DNA from: Botryllus schlosseri
Taxonomy: Eukaryota
Direction: 5' to 3'
Length of the DNA stretch: 64,000 nt
Assembly (NCBI GenBank): GCA_051294905.1
Contig: CM119383.1
Span: 21,514,001 to 21,578,000, forward strand
In this document: in pieces, positions 26,322-37,104 of the stretch
How positions within the stretch are numbered: the stretch's first letter is position 1
How the letters are laid out: each line of letters begins with the position of its first letter
Translations under genes and position numbers: made by a program
The notes under the pieces: generated by a model
What the model saw: only the letters and a program-made list of their open reading frames with translations
What the model was told of the DNA's origin: nothing
The model's database searches: none

Positions 26322-27054
26322 CGCTTCTTCGATATATACCCCAGATCGAAACAGTGTTTCTCATGTCACCAGCAAGTGCTTCTCATGAACACAATAAAAT
26401 TTTATAAACATCAAAATAAATTGTTTTTTGCCTTTGGAGAGGCGGATATTAGGGTTGGATGTGGGTTAGGGTCAAAGTTGGGGTTAGGGTATCCCAATAT
26501 TAGGGTTGGGGCGGGGGTATTAAGGTTCCAGAAGAGGATGTTAGGGTTGGGGGGATATTAGGGTTGGATGTGGGTTAGGGTATCCCAAGGAGGATACTAT
26601 GGTTGGGGGCGAGGGGATATTAGGGTTGGGGGAGGGCTGATATTAGGGTTGGATGTGGGTTTGGGTATCCCAAGATTAGTGTTGGGGAAGGAGGATATTC
26701 GGGTTGAAGGTGGGTTAGGGTCAAAGTTGGGGTTAGGGTATCCCAAGATGAGGGTTGGGGGATATTATGGTCGGCAGAGTGTGGGATATTAGGGTTGGAT
26801 ATCATGTCCGTCACCCCAAACCTAATGTTAGGATACTTTAGCCCCTAACCCTAACCCACCTCCAACCCCTAACTCTAATATCCCCCCTTCCCCAACCCTA
26901 CTATCCCCCTCTCCTCCAACCATAATATCCCCTACCCACAACAAAGGCAAAAAATAATTTATTTTGACGTTTATAAATTTTATTGTGTTCATGTGAAACA
27001 TTTGTTGGTGTCACGGGGTACACTGTTTCGATCTGGGCGTATATCGAAGAAGCG
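26322..27054. mobile_element. Foldback/MITE-like element with ~115-bp TIRs enclosing degenerate telomere-like (TTAGGG/TTGGG) repeats
   Basis: cgcttcttcgatat...cccagatcgaaacagtgt...gcctttg (26322-26436) is mirrored at 26942-27054. The interior is G-rich repeats (about 26445-26790) followed by their C-rich complement (about 26810-26940). Confidence 0.85.
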
Positions 27055-27089
27055 ACGGAATACTTGTACTTAATCTCAATAAACACATA

Positions 27090-27295
27090 CCATCAACCGG
27101 GGTGGGGTGACTTTGATATCTTTTGACCTTTTAAAAAATCTTGACTAGACAAAACCTGATAAAAAAGTGATTCAGTATATTGATAGCCATGAGCCACATT
27201 GTTACTAGTTCAAAGAATAAGGAATGAAAAACCCGTTCAACCTACTCAAAAAGTATCAAAGTGCCAAAAACTATCAAAGTCACCCCAATTGATGA
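27090..27295. mobile_element. Tc1/mariner(pogo)-type MITE
   Basis: TIRs catcaa...ggggtgactttgata / tatcaaagtcaccccaattgatg, flanked by TA on both sides. Confidence 0.7.
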
Positions 27296-27614
27296 TACAG
27301 CTTGCAACAACAGGCTTATTGTATACCGACACACCATTAATCCAACAATTGAAAATTATCCTAATAAAGTGTCTCGTTCCACTTACCTCATGAGTGTGAT
27401 GGAGGAAGACTTACAAGCTTTCAACAATGCAATTACACAAAAAACACAACAGAACTGATATTCGGATCTTAAATCATGCTCAACATCCCACAACAACTAC
27501 GGTCCAAACATTCGCGCACAACATTTATACTGGCAGACTGCAACATTGCTTACTTACTATTTCGTTGCGACCTTAGATGTTGACTTAGCAAGGAGAAACG
27601 ATGTAGCTTCTCAC

Positions 27615-27848
27615 CCATGCAAATATTCGTGAACGTCAAAAAGGATCTGGTAGCACACGAGACATCTTTCACAGCATTCTTGTTGTCATAGAAACGATCG
27701 TTGTTCGCGATTCTGCATCCCAGCGTGACGGGAAGCCGATTTGAATCGCCGATAGCAGAGCAGTCGCAATCGTACAGGAATCCTCCGGATTCGTCTTTCG
27801 ACAGTTTACAACTGGCGCCATAGTCGCATTGCATGCTGCCACAAATTT
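27615..27848 (-). CDS. AGRN: Agrin exon, divergent follistatin domain with 8 cysteines
   Basis: aatttcag acceptor, gtgaga donor, phase 1-1; C-x4-C-x5-C...CDC...C...C...C pattern but no CGSDG. Confidence 0.85.
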
Positions 27849-28684
27849 CTGAAATTAGAGAGGTGAGAGAAAATCTATTAAATCCTAATGATCATCCATG
27901 GTCATCTCTGTTCCAAGCGAAACATAACAAAAGCAAAACAATCATAATGATGATCGTAAGCATGTAGTCAAATTAGATACTTGTGGAAAAAATTGTTGAG
28001 TTAAGTTAATTGTACAATCAACCGACTTACGGACTTATTACGACTTACGGATGTTTGTTCAATGAATGAACTATAGAAAATAAGCTGAGCCTATAAACAA
28101 AATCGCTAACTTCAGTAGATCGCCAAGAAAACATGAACGAACGGGAATATTATTATACAATGTGGGTCGCACTATGTAGCATAAGTCGGTTATCTGCACA
28201 CACAATCTACGCACCCAAAATTATGACCATCCAGTAGTAAACTGTTGTAAAAATACATAAAAATCGATAACGCAGATTCCAATTTACATACGCGCTACAA
28301 TTCAAGACAAACGAATTTTCAAGAGGCCTAGGTTATCGACTATAACATTGTCCAAACTTCATGGACTCGCGAGTCCTTTCAAGGCAATTTACAGGGCCTT
28401 TCTCTTACAAAGCAGCATTTATTCAAATCACAATCACTTAGAGCAATAGAAAGCAATTAGACGTATTAAACTGTCCTTGAATCAATTTTCGATGCAGAAC
28501 CACCAATTACCAAAAATAATAAGTCAAACGTTCCACGTGCAGTACAGTTAGCGAGTTTACATCCTCTACAAGTCAACAGACAGAACAGCAATTATGTTAC
28601 ATGTGTTTCGTGTAATCTTGGTATATTGTTAAGGATTGGACGTTTTCCTACAACAGAATTGAATGATAGACGTCAAAAACAAAC

Positions 28685-28863
28685 CTTCCGTTATGAAATC
28701 ATCTTGAGGATTATGAGCAGGTGCGCGCCTAACGCTCATATCATTGATAACAACGGCGAAGGCTCCATCATCAGGATCGTGTAATCTTTGGTATGCCCAC
28801 GTTGAGTCCTGACCAGGTGTGAAGTCTTTATCAATCGGCTTATCAAGCCAAGATATTCTCGCT
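28685..28863 (-). CDS. AGRN: Agrin exon, extra SEA-like module, part 3 (ARISWLDKPIDKDF...FITE)
   Basis: cttcttggtttag acceptor, GAAG/gtttgt donor, phase 2-1; exactly bridges exon 33531 (phase 2) to exon 27848 (phase 1); inside ORF 28629..28910. Confidence 0.72.
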
Positions 28864-30385
28864 CTAAACCAAGAAGGGCAATAAATATACAAGAAAGATC
28901 CAAGCTTCACTCAGAGTTCGGCGGAATGAAGGCTTCGCATTCGACGAAACAGACTAATCACTTATTTCATTATTCAATACCAGCGTACACATTCCGACAC
29001 GCTGCAAATCCCTGCGATATATAAACTGATGCAAGTGAAGCGGGCGGACGTGAGCAGGTGTAAAGATCCGCAATTTGTACACAAGAATTATAGTATTACA
29101 TGTTGCCACCCGGAAAGCATGACAATGGAAAGCCTTTCGTTGTTAATATGAGCAGAATTTTGAGTGCTTTTATTAATGGCAGAGGAGAAAAGGTGGCCAC
29201 AAAGTCCAGCCGGTGTTTCAAGATCTATGTCTTTGTAGTATACCTACTCGGCACTGGGCAGTGCTGTAATTCTAGCCTATATGAGAAATTCATCGGTTGA
29301 CATATAGAAGGAAGACATGTTTGCGAACAAAAATTTCTACTTACGCAAACACATTTATTCAATTTCCTTTGCAAAATCAGAAGTTAGTCCTAAGTGAATT
29401 TCAATCAGCAGTGCATAATTGATTTTATCAATCGATTCTAGAAATCGACCATCCCTTGAAAACACGAAAAAGTCATTCCTCATAGACGATCATAATCGTC
29501 GCTACAGCACAAAATACGTGAATTCTACCGATATAATGGGCACCCTGTAGGAAATTTAGTATTCGCACCCTAATAAGGAGTTGAATGAGATGGAATAAGT
29601 ATCAATGAATTCATGACAGGCCAACATATTTGATCAGTTTGTAATTGAAAGATATAACATATCATTGACATATAGAAACAAAATCTGTGACAAAATACCA
29701 ATCGCAATTTATACTCCGCTGAAGCTCCACAGTGAAAGTAGGACTCGGGATCCTTTGAACTATAACATACAACGCTCGCGTCGGCTTACATGAGATTCGC
29801 CCAAATCTTGTAAACAAGGAAAACAATAGCGCCATGTGCGGTGTGTATGTAAAGATAATCTTGTTCTCAAATCCGGTGGAATTTGTCACTAGGAAATTGT
29901 CAAGGACGACGTATACACAACAGAACATATTCCGCAATGCCCCAGGCGTATAAACAGAAAATTAATCTCCAAAAACGCCGGTTTACAGCGACAACATGGG
30001 TGCAAAAATCGCGTGTTGTGAAGGTCACCCGTAAAGAGTATATGATAAAACTAAATGAAAGCCATCCTTTTTCCAAGGTTAGATGTGTATTGTGCATAGT
30101 GCATTACCATTGCCGAACTGGCAGAGCGACACACACCAAATTGTATATGTGATTTGTTTTCAATATATGAAACTTGACAATTGACATAGACGACGTGTAG
30201 CCTAAGTAACAAATTACATGTGTTATGTGCCAATTTTCTAGGCATGTGCAATGAATGTTGTATATGAATTCCAATACCTCTCTTCGGCCAAATAATACGC
30301 AGAAGATGCGTGAACACTGAACACATATATACAATGTCCTACAGTGTGCACATAGCTTATACATATATTTAAGCCGAGGTATAAA

Positions 30386-31288
30386 CTGTGTTGGGATGAC
30401 TCGAGTCACTTTTTCGTATGACTTGATTTGACTCGAGTCACTTCGCCAAAATGACTTAATTTGACTTGACTCGGCGTATCAGAAATGTGGATTGACTCGT
30501 GACTCGGAGCAAAATTCACGAGTCAATTTCATCAAGTAATCGGCATCGATAAAAATCACTATATCTTGCATATGGTCGATTTTTTTGCGAAATGCTGGTG
30601 TAACCCGTGAGAGCGACCAATCATTCAATAATCGTGCGTTTTACTGAGCCTCCGTTGTTCTATCACAAATAAATTGACCGGAAACGAAGTGATCGAAACT
30701 TACAGCTTACGCTGTCGTAACCTAGTATAGTAAAGTAAATTAATAGCAAAATGTCTATTTCTGTTCTCTGTTCTTACCTTTAAAAAAATATATTGCTTGA
30801 TTGAAATTGAATTCGAATATACTTTATATAGTCCTCAACCACTGACGCAGGCTCGAATTGTATCATATCAATTTGTAAATGGGCAATGTATTGCATGTTA
30901 TCATTCATTTCTTTATTCTCTATTTTTGCTGTTAGCTATAAACTGAGGCTGTAGGTATATGTGAGCGACGAAGCGCCTTTTTGCCTGCACATTTAACTCT
31001 ATATTCGTTCATTGGTTCAGAATCAATGACCACTCAATCTGCATATCAGACAGCTATTAAAACGCAATGACGTAATCATTCCTAATACTTCAAATAGGCA
31101 ACTTGGCTTGAATTGTGACTTGACTCGTGACTTGACTTGACTTGACTCGACTTGACTCGAGTCACCTCCAAAAATCGAGTGACTTGACTTGACTCGAGTC
31201 ACCTTCGAAAATCGATTGATTTGACTTGACTCAAGTCAAAATGTGCAATGACTCGTGACTCGAAGGTAGTGACTTGATCCCAACACTG
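30386..31288. mobile_element. hAT-type non-autonomous element with GACTT/GACTC micro-repeat arms
   Basis: Termini ctgtgttgggat / atcccaacactg; flanks ggtataaa / gatataaa (7/8); (gactt)n and gactcgagtc arrays near both ends. Confidence 0.82.
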
Positions 31289-33530
31289 GATATAAATATT
31301 AGTTGCTGTCGGGCTCGATAGTACTAGAGTGGGTCACAATAACAAGTGGTTTGATTGCAACACGTTTAAACTTCAAATAAGAAGTAGCCTACACAATACG
31401 ACGTTATATAGAACAAAGTCGAGTATATGCTTGCTATATGGTCAGATTCGGTATTTTCGAGGAAATAGTTTTGAGGTGATGAATTTATCTTCGAACCAAA
31501 TCTGGAAAAAACTCCTTTCGGTAATTCCATGCGGTGTCAATATTTCGATTTTCTCACATTGCGACAATACAATAGATGAGCTGGTCACTGCCATTGCATA
31601 CTTTTCAATTCCTCTAAACGACATAAATCGATTTGCAGCACATGACACAGCAGGGTAAACATATAATTCATGGGCAAATATTTTCTCAGGATTGAAGCGC
31701 TGGAGTTTAATAAGAAATCAAGTTTAGCAGTATTTACTTTGCAACGTCGAAAATTTCACTCTAATCTAGTTAGCGGCGACAGATATTCTTGAGATGAAGG
31801 GGCCCAACGATTGACTTTAATCTTCTGAAAGTCAAGTCAAGTAGAACATAAAACAATGGCAAGTGTCAGCAATGTTTTCTTATGTTGTTATATATCTATG
31901 GAAATAGTCCTCGTGAAAATCAATTCAACAAGGATCAAGGGTCATTGGATAATATAACAGTCTGAAGTGGCCAATTGAAATTGGATTCGACTTATTTGAT
32001 CAATGACCACGTTTCGCTCTGCGTACTGAGTCGTCAGTTGTCAGATTTTGACTGACACATTTTCAACTACTATTCCTACAAAGACGTTAAGCGTTGGCCT
32101 TGAAACATTAGCTTGCAGTCATACTCCACGCCGGATATTCTATATATTATATAGCATACATTACGTATAAATTAAATATATTTCTTGCAGAAGCATGATT
32201 GCCATGATGCGTGAATAATCGTTAAATATGAATGACCAGAGAATAACTGTATCACGAGAGCATACTTGGCAAACGAAACGAAATTAGTATTACTGTGGCA
32301 TGTGGCGAAACTTCGCTATCAACGGGAAACGAGAAAATCCACATATCTATAAGTTCAACAACTGCGGCGCAAAAAATATAGGAAGCTAATTTGATAGGTT
32401 GAAACAGTGTAGTTCTAAGCTATATTGTCGGAAAATATATCCGAATATTCCATAGCGAGAGTTGCATTTTAACCATTTTCACGTCACTAGAATATACATC
32501 AAATAATAACAATATGGTTTTGGGCCATATTTTCGGGAAATATATGTGAATATTCCATGCGAAAATTGCATTTTCACATATTCACATTTACACAAAACAC
32601 ATAAAATAATCTCATTCACGAGTGAGCACGGGCATATGAATCGAAAGAGGATTGCAAATGTCAAAAAATCCATAGATAATATCCGATTCAATGCTACGTC
32701 ATATATGAGCGTAAGCTGTAATTTGGCGTACGCCTGTTAACATTAGTTGCGTCATGGCCATGTACAATTCACAATATATATTTTATGTGCAGGTATAAAA
32801 ACATCGCATCCTTGGCGAACTCCCTAACACAATGGGAGTAATCATTCAAGTTTGCTCAAATGCATGTTTCATTCTACACACCAATTGCGGTGTGGATATG
32901 GATTCCACAAGATATAGTCGCGCAGTAACCTTTCCAGTGTCCATAACGACATCCAACATATATGTAGGAATCATGAATTCGCAGAAATAGTCAAACAGTC
33001 AGCGTTGCTACTACAGTATGTACTACAGCTACTACAGTATGTAGAAGCTGTAACGCAGTGGATTTCCACTCAATTAAAAAAGAAGTGTCAAGTTGTGTGA
33101 GATTATTTCACGGAGTTCGCATGACGATTTCGTACACACAAATGATGCAAACTCATCCCAAAAGTACTTGGTGCTATTCAAAATCGAAAGTGGAAATCAA
33201 AGAAAATTAGATCTAATCACTGTTAAAGTTGAAGTGGAAGCAGTCTTAAAAGTGTAAGTAGTGGTAATAGACATAATCTATACTAGAGGGCATCGGAAAA
33301 CGGTTAATTGGTTACCGACACTGCGAACTCACCAGGAGTGTTAAGATAAGAGTTGTGTAATTTACCAATCTGCACAATATTTCCAATATTTCTTAGCTCA
33401 TTGGCGATTTCGGAATTGAATCTAGATAGGTGAGTTGTCTAATTAGTTAAGTGTGGATTTTCAATGTCGTTCGTTCCAGCAGAAGTTCTAATTGCGCATG
33501 TACAAGGCTTTGTCAAGTTGCGAACATTAC

Positions 33531-33625
33531 CTGTAGACAAAAATGACACTTCCACTTCGCACGTCCTCAATTGTAAAGTCCGTGATCTGCCGCGCGTCGT
33601 CGTCTCTATTCTGCATTTCGAGATG
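33531..33625 (-). CDS. AGRN: Agrin exon, extra SEA-like module, part 2 (HLEMQNRDDDARQITDFTIEDVRSGSVIFVYR)
   Basis: tattttctctccag acceptor, CAG/gtaatg donor, phase 0-2; contains a GSV motif. Confidence 0.78.
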
Positions 33626-33708
33626 CTGGAGAGAAAATAGGCAGGTGCTCAATTCTTTGACGGAGTCCAAGGCTAGTATGTACTGGAAGAACTGGAACTC
33701 ATTGATAC

Positions 33709-33857
33709 CTTCACTACGGCTTGTTTGAAATTGTATTTGAATTCGGAAATCTCCGGCGAATCAGGCTGGCAATCTCCCAGACAACGGTCGTCCGCTAAGA
33801 TACTGGTGCTTCCGCGTATCGTTGTGGATTCTGTCAACGGTGAAATGTGAATTAAGT
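33709..33857 (-). CDS. AGRN: Agrin exon, extra SEA-like module, part 1 (LIHISPLTESTTIRGSTSI...PDSPEISEFKYNFKQAVVK)
   Basis: cttttgcag acceptor, AAG/gtatca donor, phase 1-0; followed by an 83-bp intron. Confidence 0.75.
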
Positions 33858-33925
33858 CTGCAAAAGATTACAAGAATACAGCAAAGGGTTCCACGTTTCG
33901 ATAAGAATTTGAGAATCGATTAGGC

Positions 33926-34251
33926 CAGTAGTTCTTAACCTTTAATAACCTGACGAACCCTTACGCTTATCTGCAATAGTTCGGCGTCTGCTACACAAGA
34001 ATATACCAAATTACGCATACAATAGATTACGAGTGCATATAATGAACTGTGCATCATCAACATCAGTGTTAAAAGAATAAACCAATGAAACATTAAAACA
34101 TGATTTTCACACAAAAATATATTGTGATAAATATTTACTGCAAATCGGCGTGACTTTTGCTGTGTGGGCGATGTTTTGACCTCCAGTAAACCGCTGATAC
34201 CGGCAAATCGAATCCCTGGAGTTTCCGGGAACACCGGTTATGAACCAATAG
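33926..34251. mobile_element. Degenerate hAT-type MITE
   Basis: Termini cagtagttcttaacc / ggttatgaaccaatag; flanks share taggc. Confidence 0.5.
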
Positions 34252-36858
34252 ACTAGGCGCACAGGGTACTTGATCCAAACTTACTACTCTTCGTTAGTCT
34301 AAGGTAGATAGTTCGCAAATTTTTGGAATATAAGCGCCACGAACTTTCAACCGTTTGCTATATTTACCAACCACGTCGGTGTAGATGTGTTACCAGAATC
34401 AAAACTGGCAGCGAAAAAAATCAAACAACGAGGTACCCTCAGAGATCAAATATATTGCGTGTGCGCTGTTTTTGATCAATTAGCATTTTTTTATCCAAAA
34501 GCTGCCCCAAGCCATCTCAGGATTGAAACGCGTAAAAAATCATCACGAAATTGAGGAAATTTGCCACCGTATAAATACAATTATTTCCGAAAATGTTCGG
34601 AATATCAAGTTGTACTATCTTTGCTTCTACTGATTGGAATTGACTCTAATTTTGTGTGAAACGATTTCAGGCTACCCAACGATATTTAAACTAGCAAGTG
34701 TAATTTGGATAAAATGATGTTTCTGCAATGCTCTAATCTGTGCATATAAAGTCACAATGGCGAAAAGTACGTAATGCAGATTACAGCGTGCCACGTAACT
34801 GCATGGGTGCGGTTTAGCGAGTGCATGCGTGGATGTGACTTGACGAATCTCATCGAATTCCATCAAATCGACACTATACCACAGTCGTCGAAACTTATAG
34901 GCATTTGAATATAACTTTTTCATGTATGATACACATTATCATTTATCTTCGTCACGGGAGAACCAATAACGTTAAAAGTGCTGTCGCAAGCACCACAATA
35001 GACCAATGCAGCCCACGAATGATAATGTGACAAGCCTGAATTTTGAATTCGCCGTATATACAATTTCGATGGGTTGTTCATTCGTTCTATCAACTAGCGA
35101 AAGCAGCGTACTGACGTTCCTAAACAATATTAACAATGCCGCATGCAACGTGGTCCGGCATAAATAGATGTTGAACACGCAAATTAATTAAATTGATAGC
35201 CATACAAAGAATGAGTCGCGGGCCGCCATTCGAATTCTATTATAGAAAACACGAGCCAGAAGTCGTTAGTATTAACAAGAATAATAGCGAAACGTTGACA
35301 CGAATCAATCACCTCTCGCCCGATACTTGCAACAATCACAAACATCGAATCATATCCGATCCTATCTTACGCCGGTACCTTTGACGGTGCGGCAAACCGT
35401 CAATTAGACAATATTTAATCGTTCCAAATAGAACGAGCAACACGAAAAGCCGTACGTGGATGGCATTGTGATTAGTTAAGCGCCGGCGCCTTTGATCTGC
35501 TTGTTGACATCGGCAGACAGCCTACGACCAAAGAACTGCTGCGTGTGCAATTGTGCATCTGACGCTTCGTAACGTAGTATATCTTAAACTTTTTGAAATA
35601 TTTGTGTACAATAGAATAATATATTGTTATTGAAATAAACCAGAACCCGAATATTTTGGCTGAGACTCGTCGAGGGGTAATTGTCAGCAACTAGTAGCGA
35701 ATTGAAAGGAACATTGCAAATCAACAATCGTTCACCAAATATGATGATTGATGATAATGATGATGATACGATTACTGAATGCTGATATCCATATACAATT
35801 ATCTACTAGTTATACAGACACATTCAGACCACATTGGATTGAATTAACTATTCAATATATTCGTCAAGGCCAGGGGTAATCGTCAGCAACTAGTAGAAAA
35901 TAGCTAGTTACTATAGTAATATTATTACTACTACAGTGCTACTATAGTTGCAGATTTTTACCCCCGATGTGCGTCAGTCGAACGTATTCAGGTTAATTTC
36001 AATACGAATATATTGTTCATAGTGTTCAATCGTACACTGAAGTTCTGTACCTCCAATGGTATAATCAAATATCAGTGTGATTGTCGTATCCAAAAACATT
36101 ATTGCAAATATCGCAAATAAGTGGTATAATAATTGGGGAATTGAAATGCATTGGTATATCCTGTATGCGGTAAGCGATAGTTTGAAAATTTTGCAATTCC
36201 AAAATGTAATCGTTAGATACCTTGTGGACTACAACATACATATAACTGGATTAAAGAGCAGACAATTTAATAGTATATTCCTATTGAAATAAACCCGAAT
36301 ACCTTCGGCTGAAACTCGCCAGGGGTAATCGTGAGCAACTAGAAACGATTTCATAATCACTTTGTACAACAACAGCCGTAACATGGAAAATTAAAAAGTA
36401 CTCGAATTTTCATGTCGGTGAAGTCATCATTACTGATGCCATATTGTGATTTTTAACCGTTAGAGTGTGGTAGGATTCAATAAGACAGTTATGATGCATA
36501 GTTTTAAATACATGTAAAGAATCTTTAATATGGGATGGAATTTTGTGATATAAGCACGAGGTATAAATAAGTTCATAGAGTTCCAAGCTATTTCGTGTAA
36601 TGAGCATCATATCCACTAAGCTGAGTAAAATAGTCAAGTAGCATATTATTATAGTGTATCATTGTGAAGTATAGTGTAGGATACTAGCCTATTACTATCC
36701 TAATGAATATATTGTTTGTCGCGATATCGGACTTTTGTACCATCGGAAGCCTATGGTAATGTTTATATAGATAATTCTGAATTCAAAATAAACCCTATCC
36801 ACCCTCCTCTCTCTCTGTTCGATTCCAAGAAAACTGCTCAAAATCCTAGCGAACTTAC

Positions 36859-37104
36859 TTTTCCCCGACGGACAAGATCCCGCCGATATCTCTACGATGT
36901 CTTTCCCCGATTTGCAAGCATGTCTTTCCAAAGCGCACTTCGACATGTACGTTCTGCCGTCCGAGCCACAGATCATGATGGCGCTTGACGAGGGGCAGGG
37001 AATATCATCGCAGCACTGAGGCTTACCGCTGCTGTCAAGAGAGCATTTCCCCTCGCAGGCGCTAGCGATTGACTGAGTGCTTTCATTGAAAAACGCGCAA
37101 GGTT
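36859..37104 (-). CDS. AGRN: Agrin exon, third follistatin domain (EPCAFF...MICGSDGRTYMSKCALERHAC...GSCP)
   Basis: tctttttcag acceptor, gtaagt donor, phase 1-1; 10 Cys. Confidence 0.92.

Noticed and set aside
26307-26814. Gly-rich and Pro-rich ORFs
   Set aside because: Translations of the telomere-like minisatellite, not genes.
30386-31288. Regularly repeated GACTT/GACTCGAGTC units superficially like an array
   Set aside because: Not CRISPR: no unique spacers, eukaryotic context, and they lie within a TIR/TSD-bounded element.
31329-31658. 109-aa plus-strand ORF
   Set aside because: GTG start, no motif, no splice context; length compatible with chance in this window.
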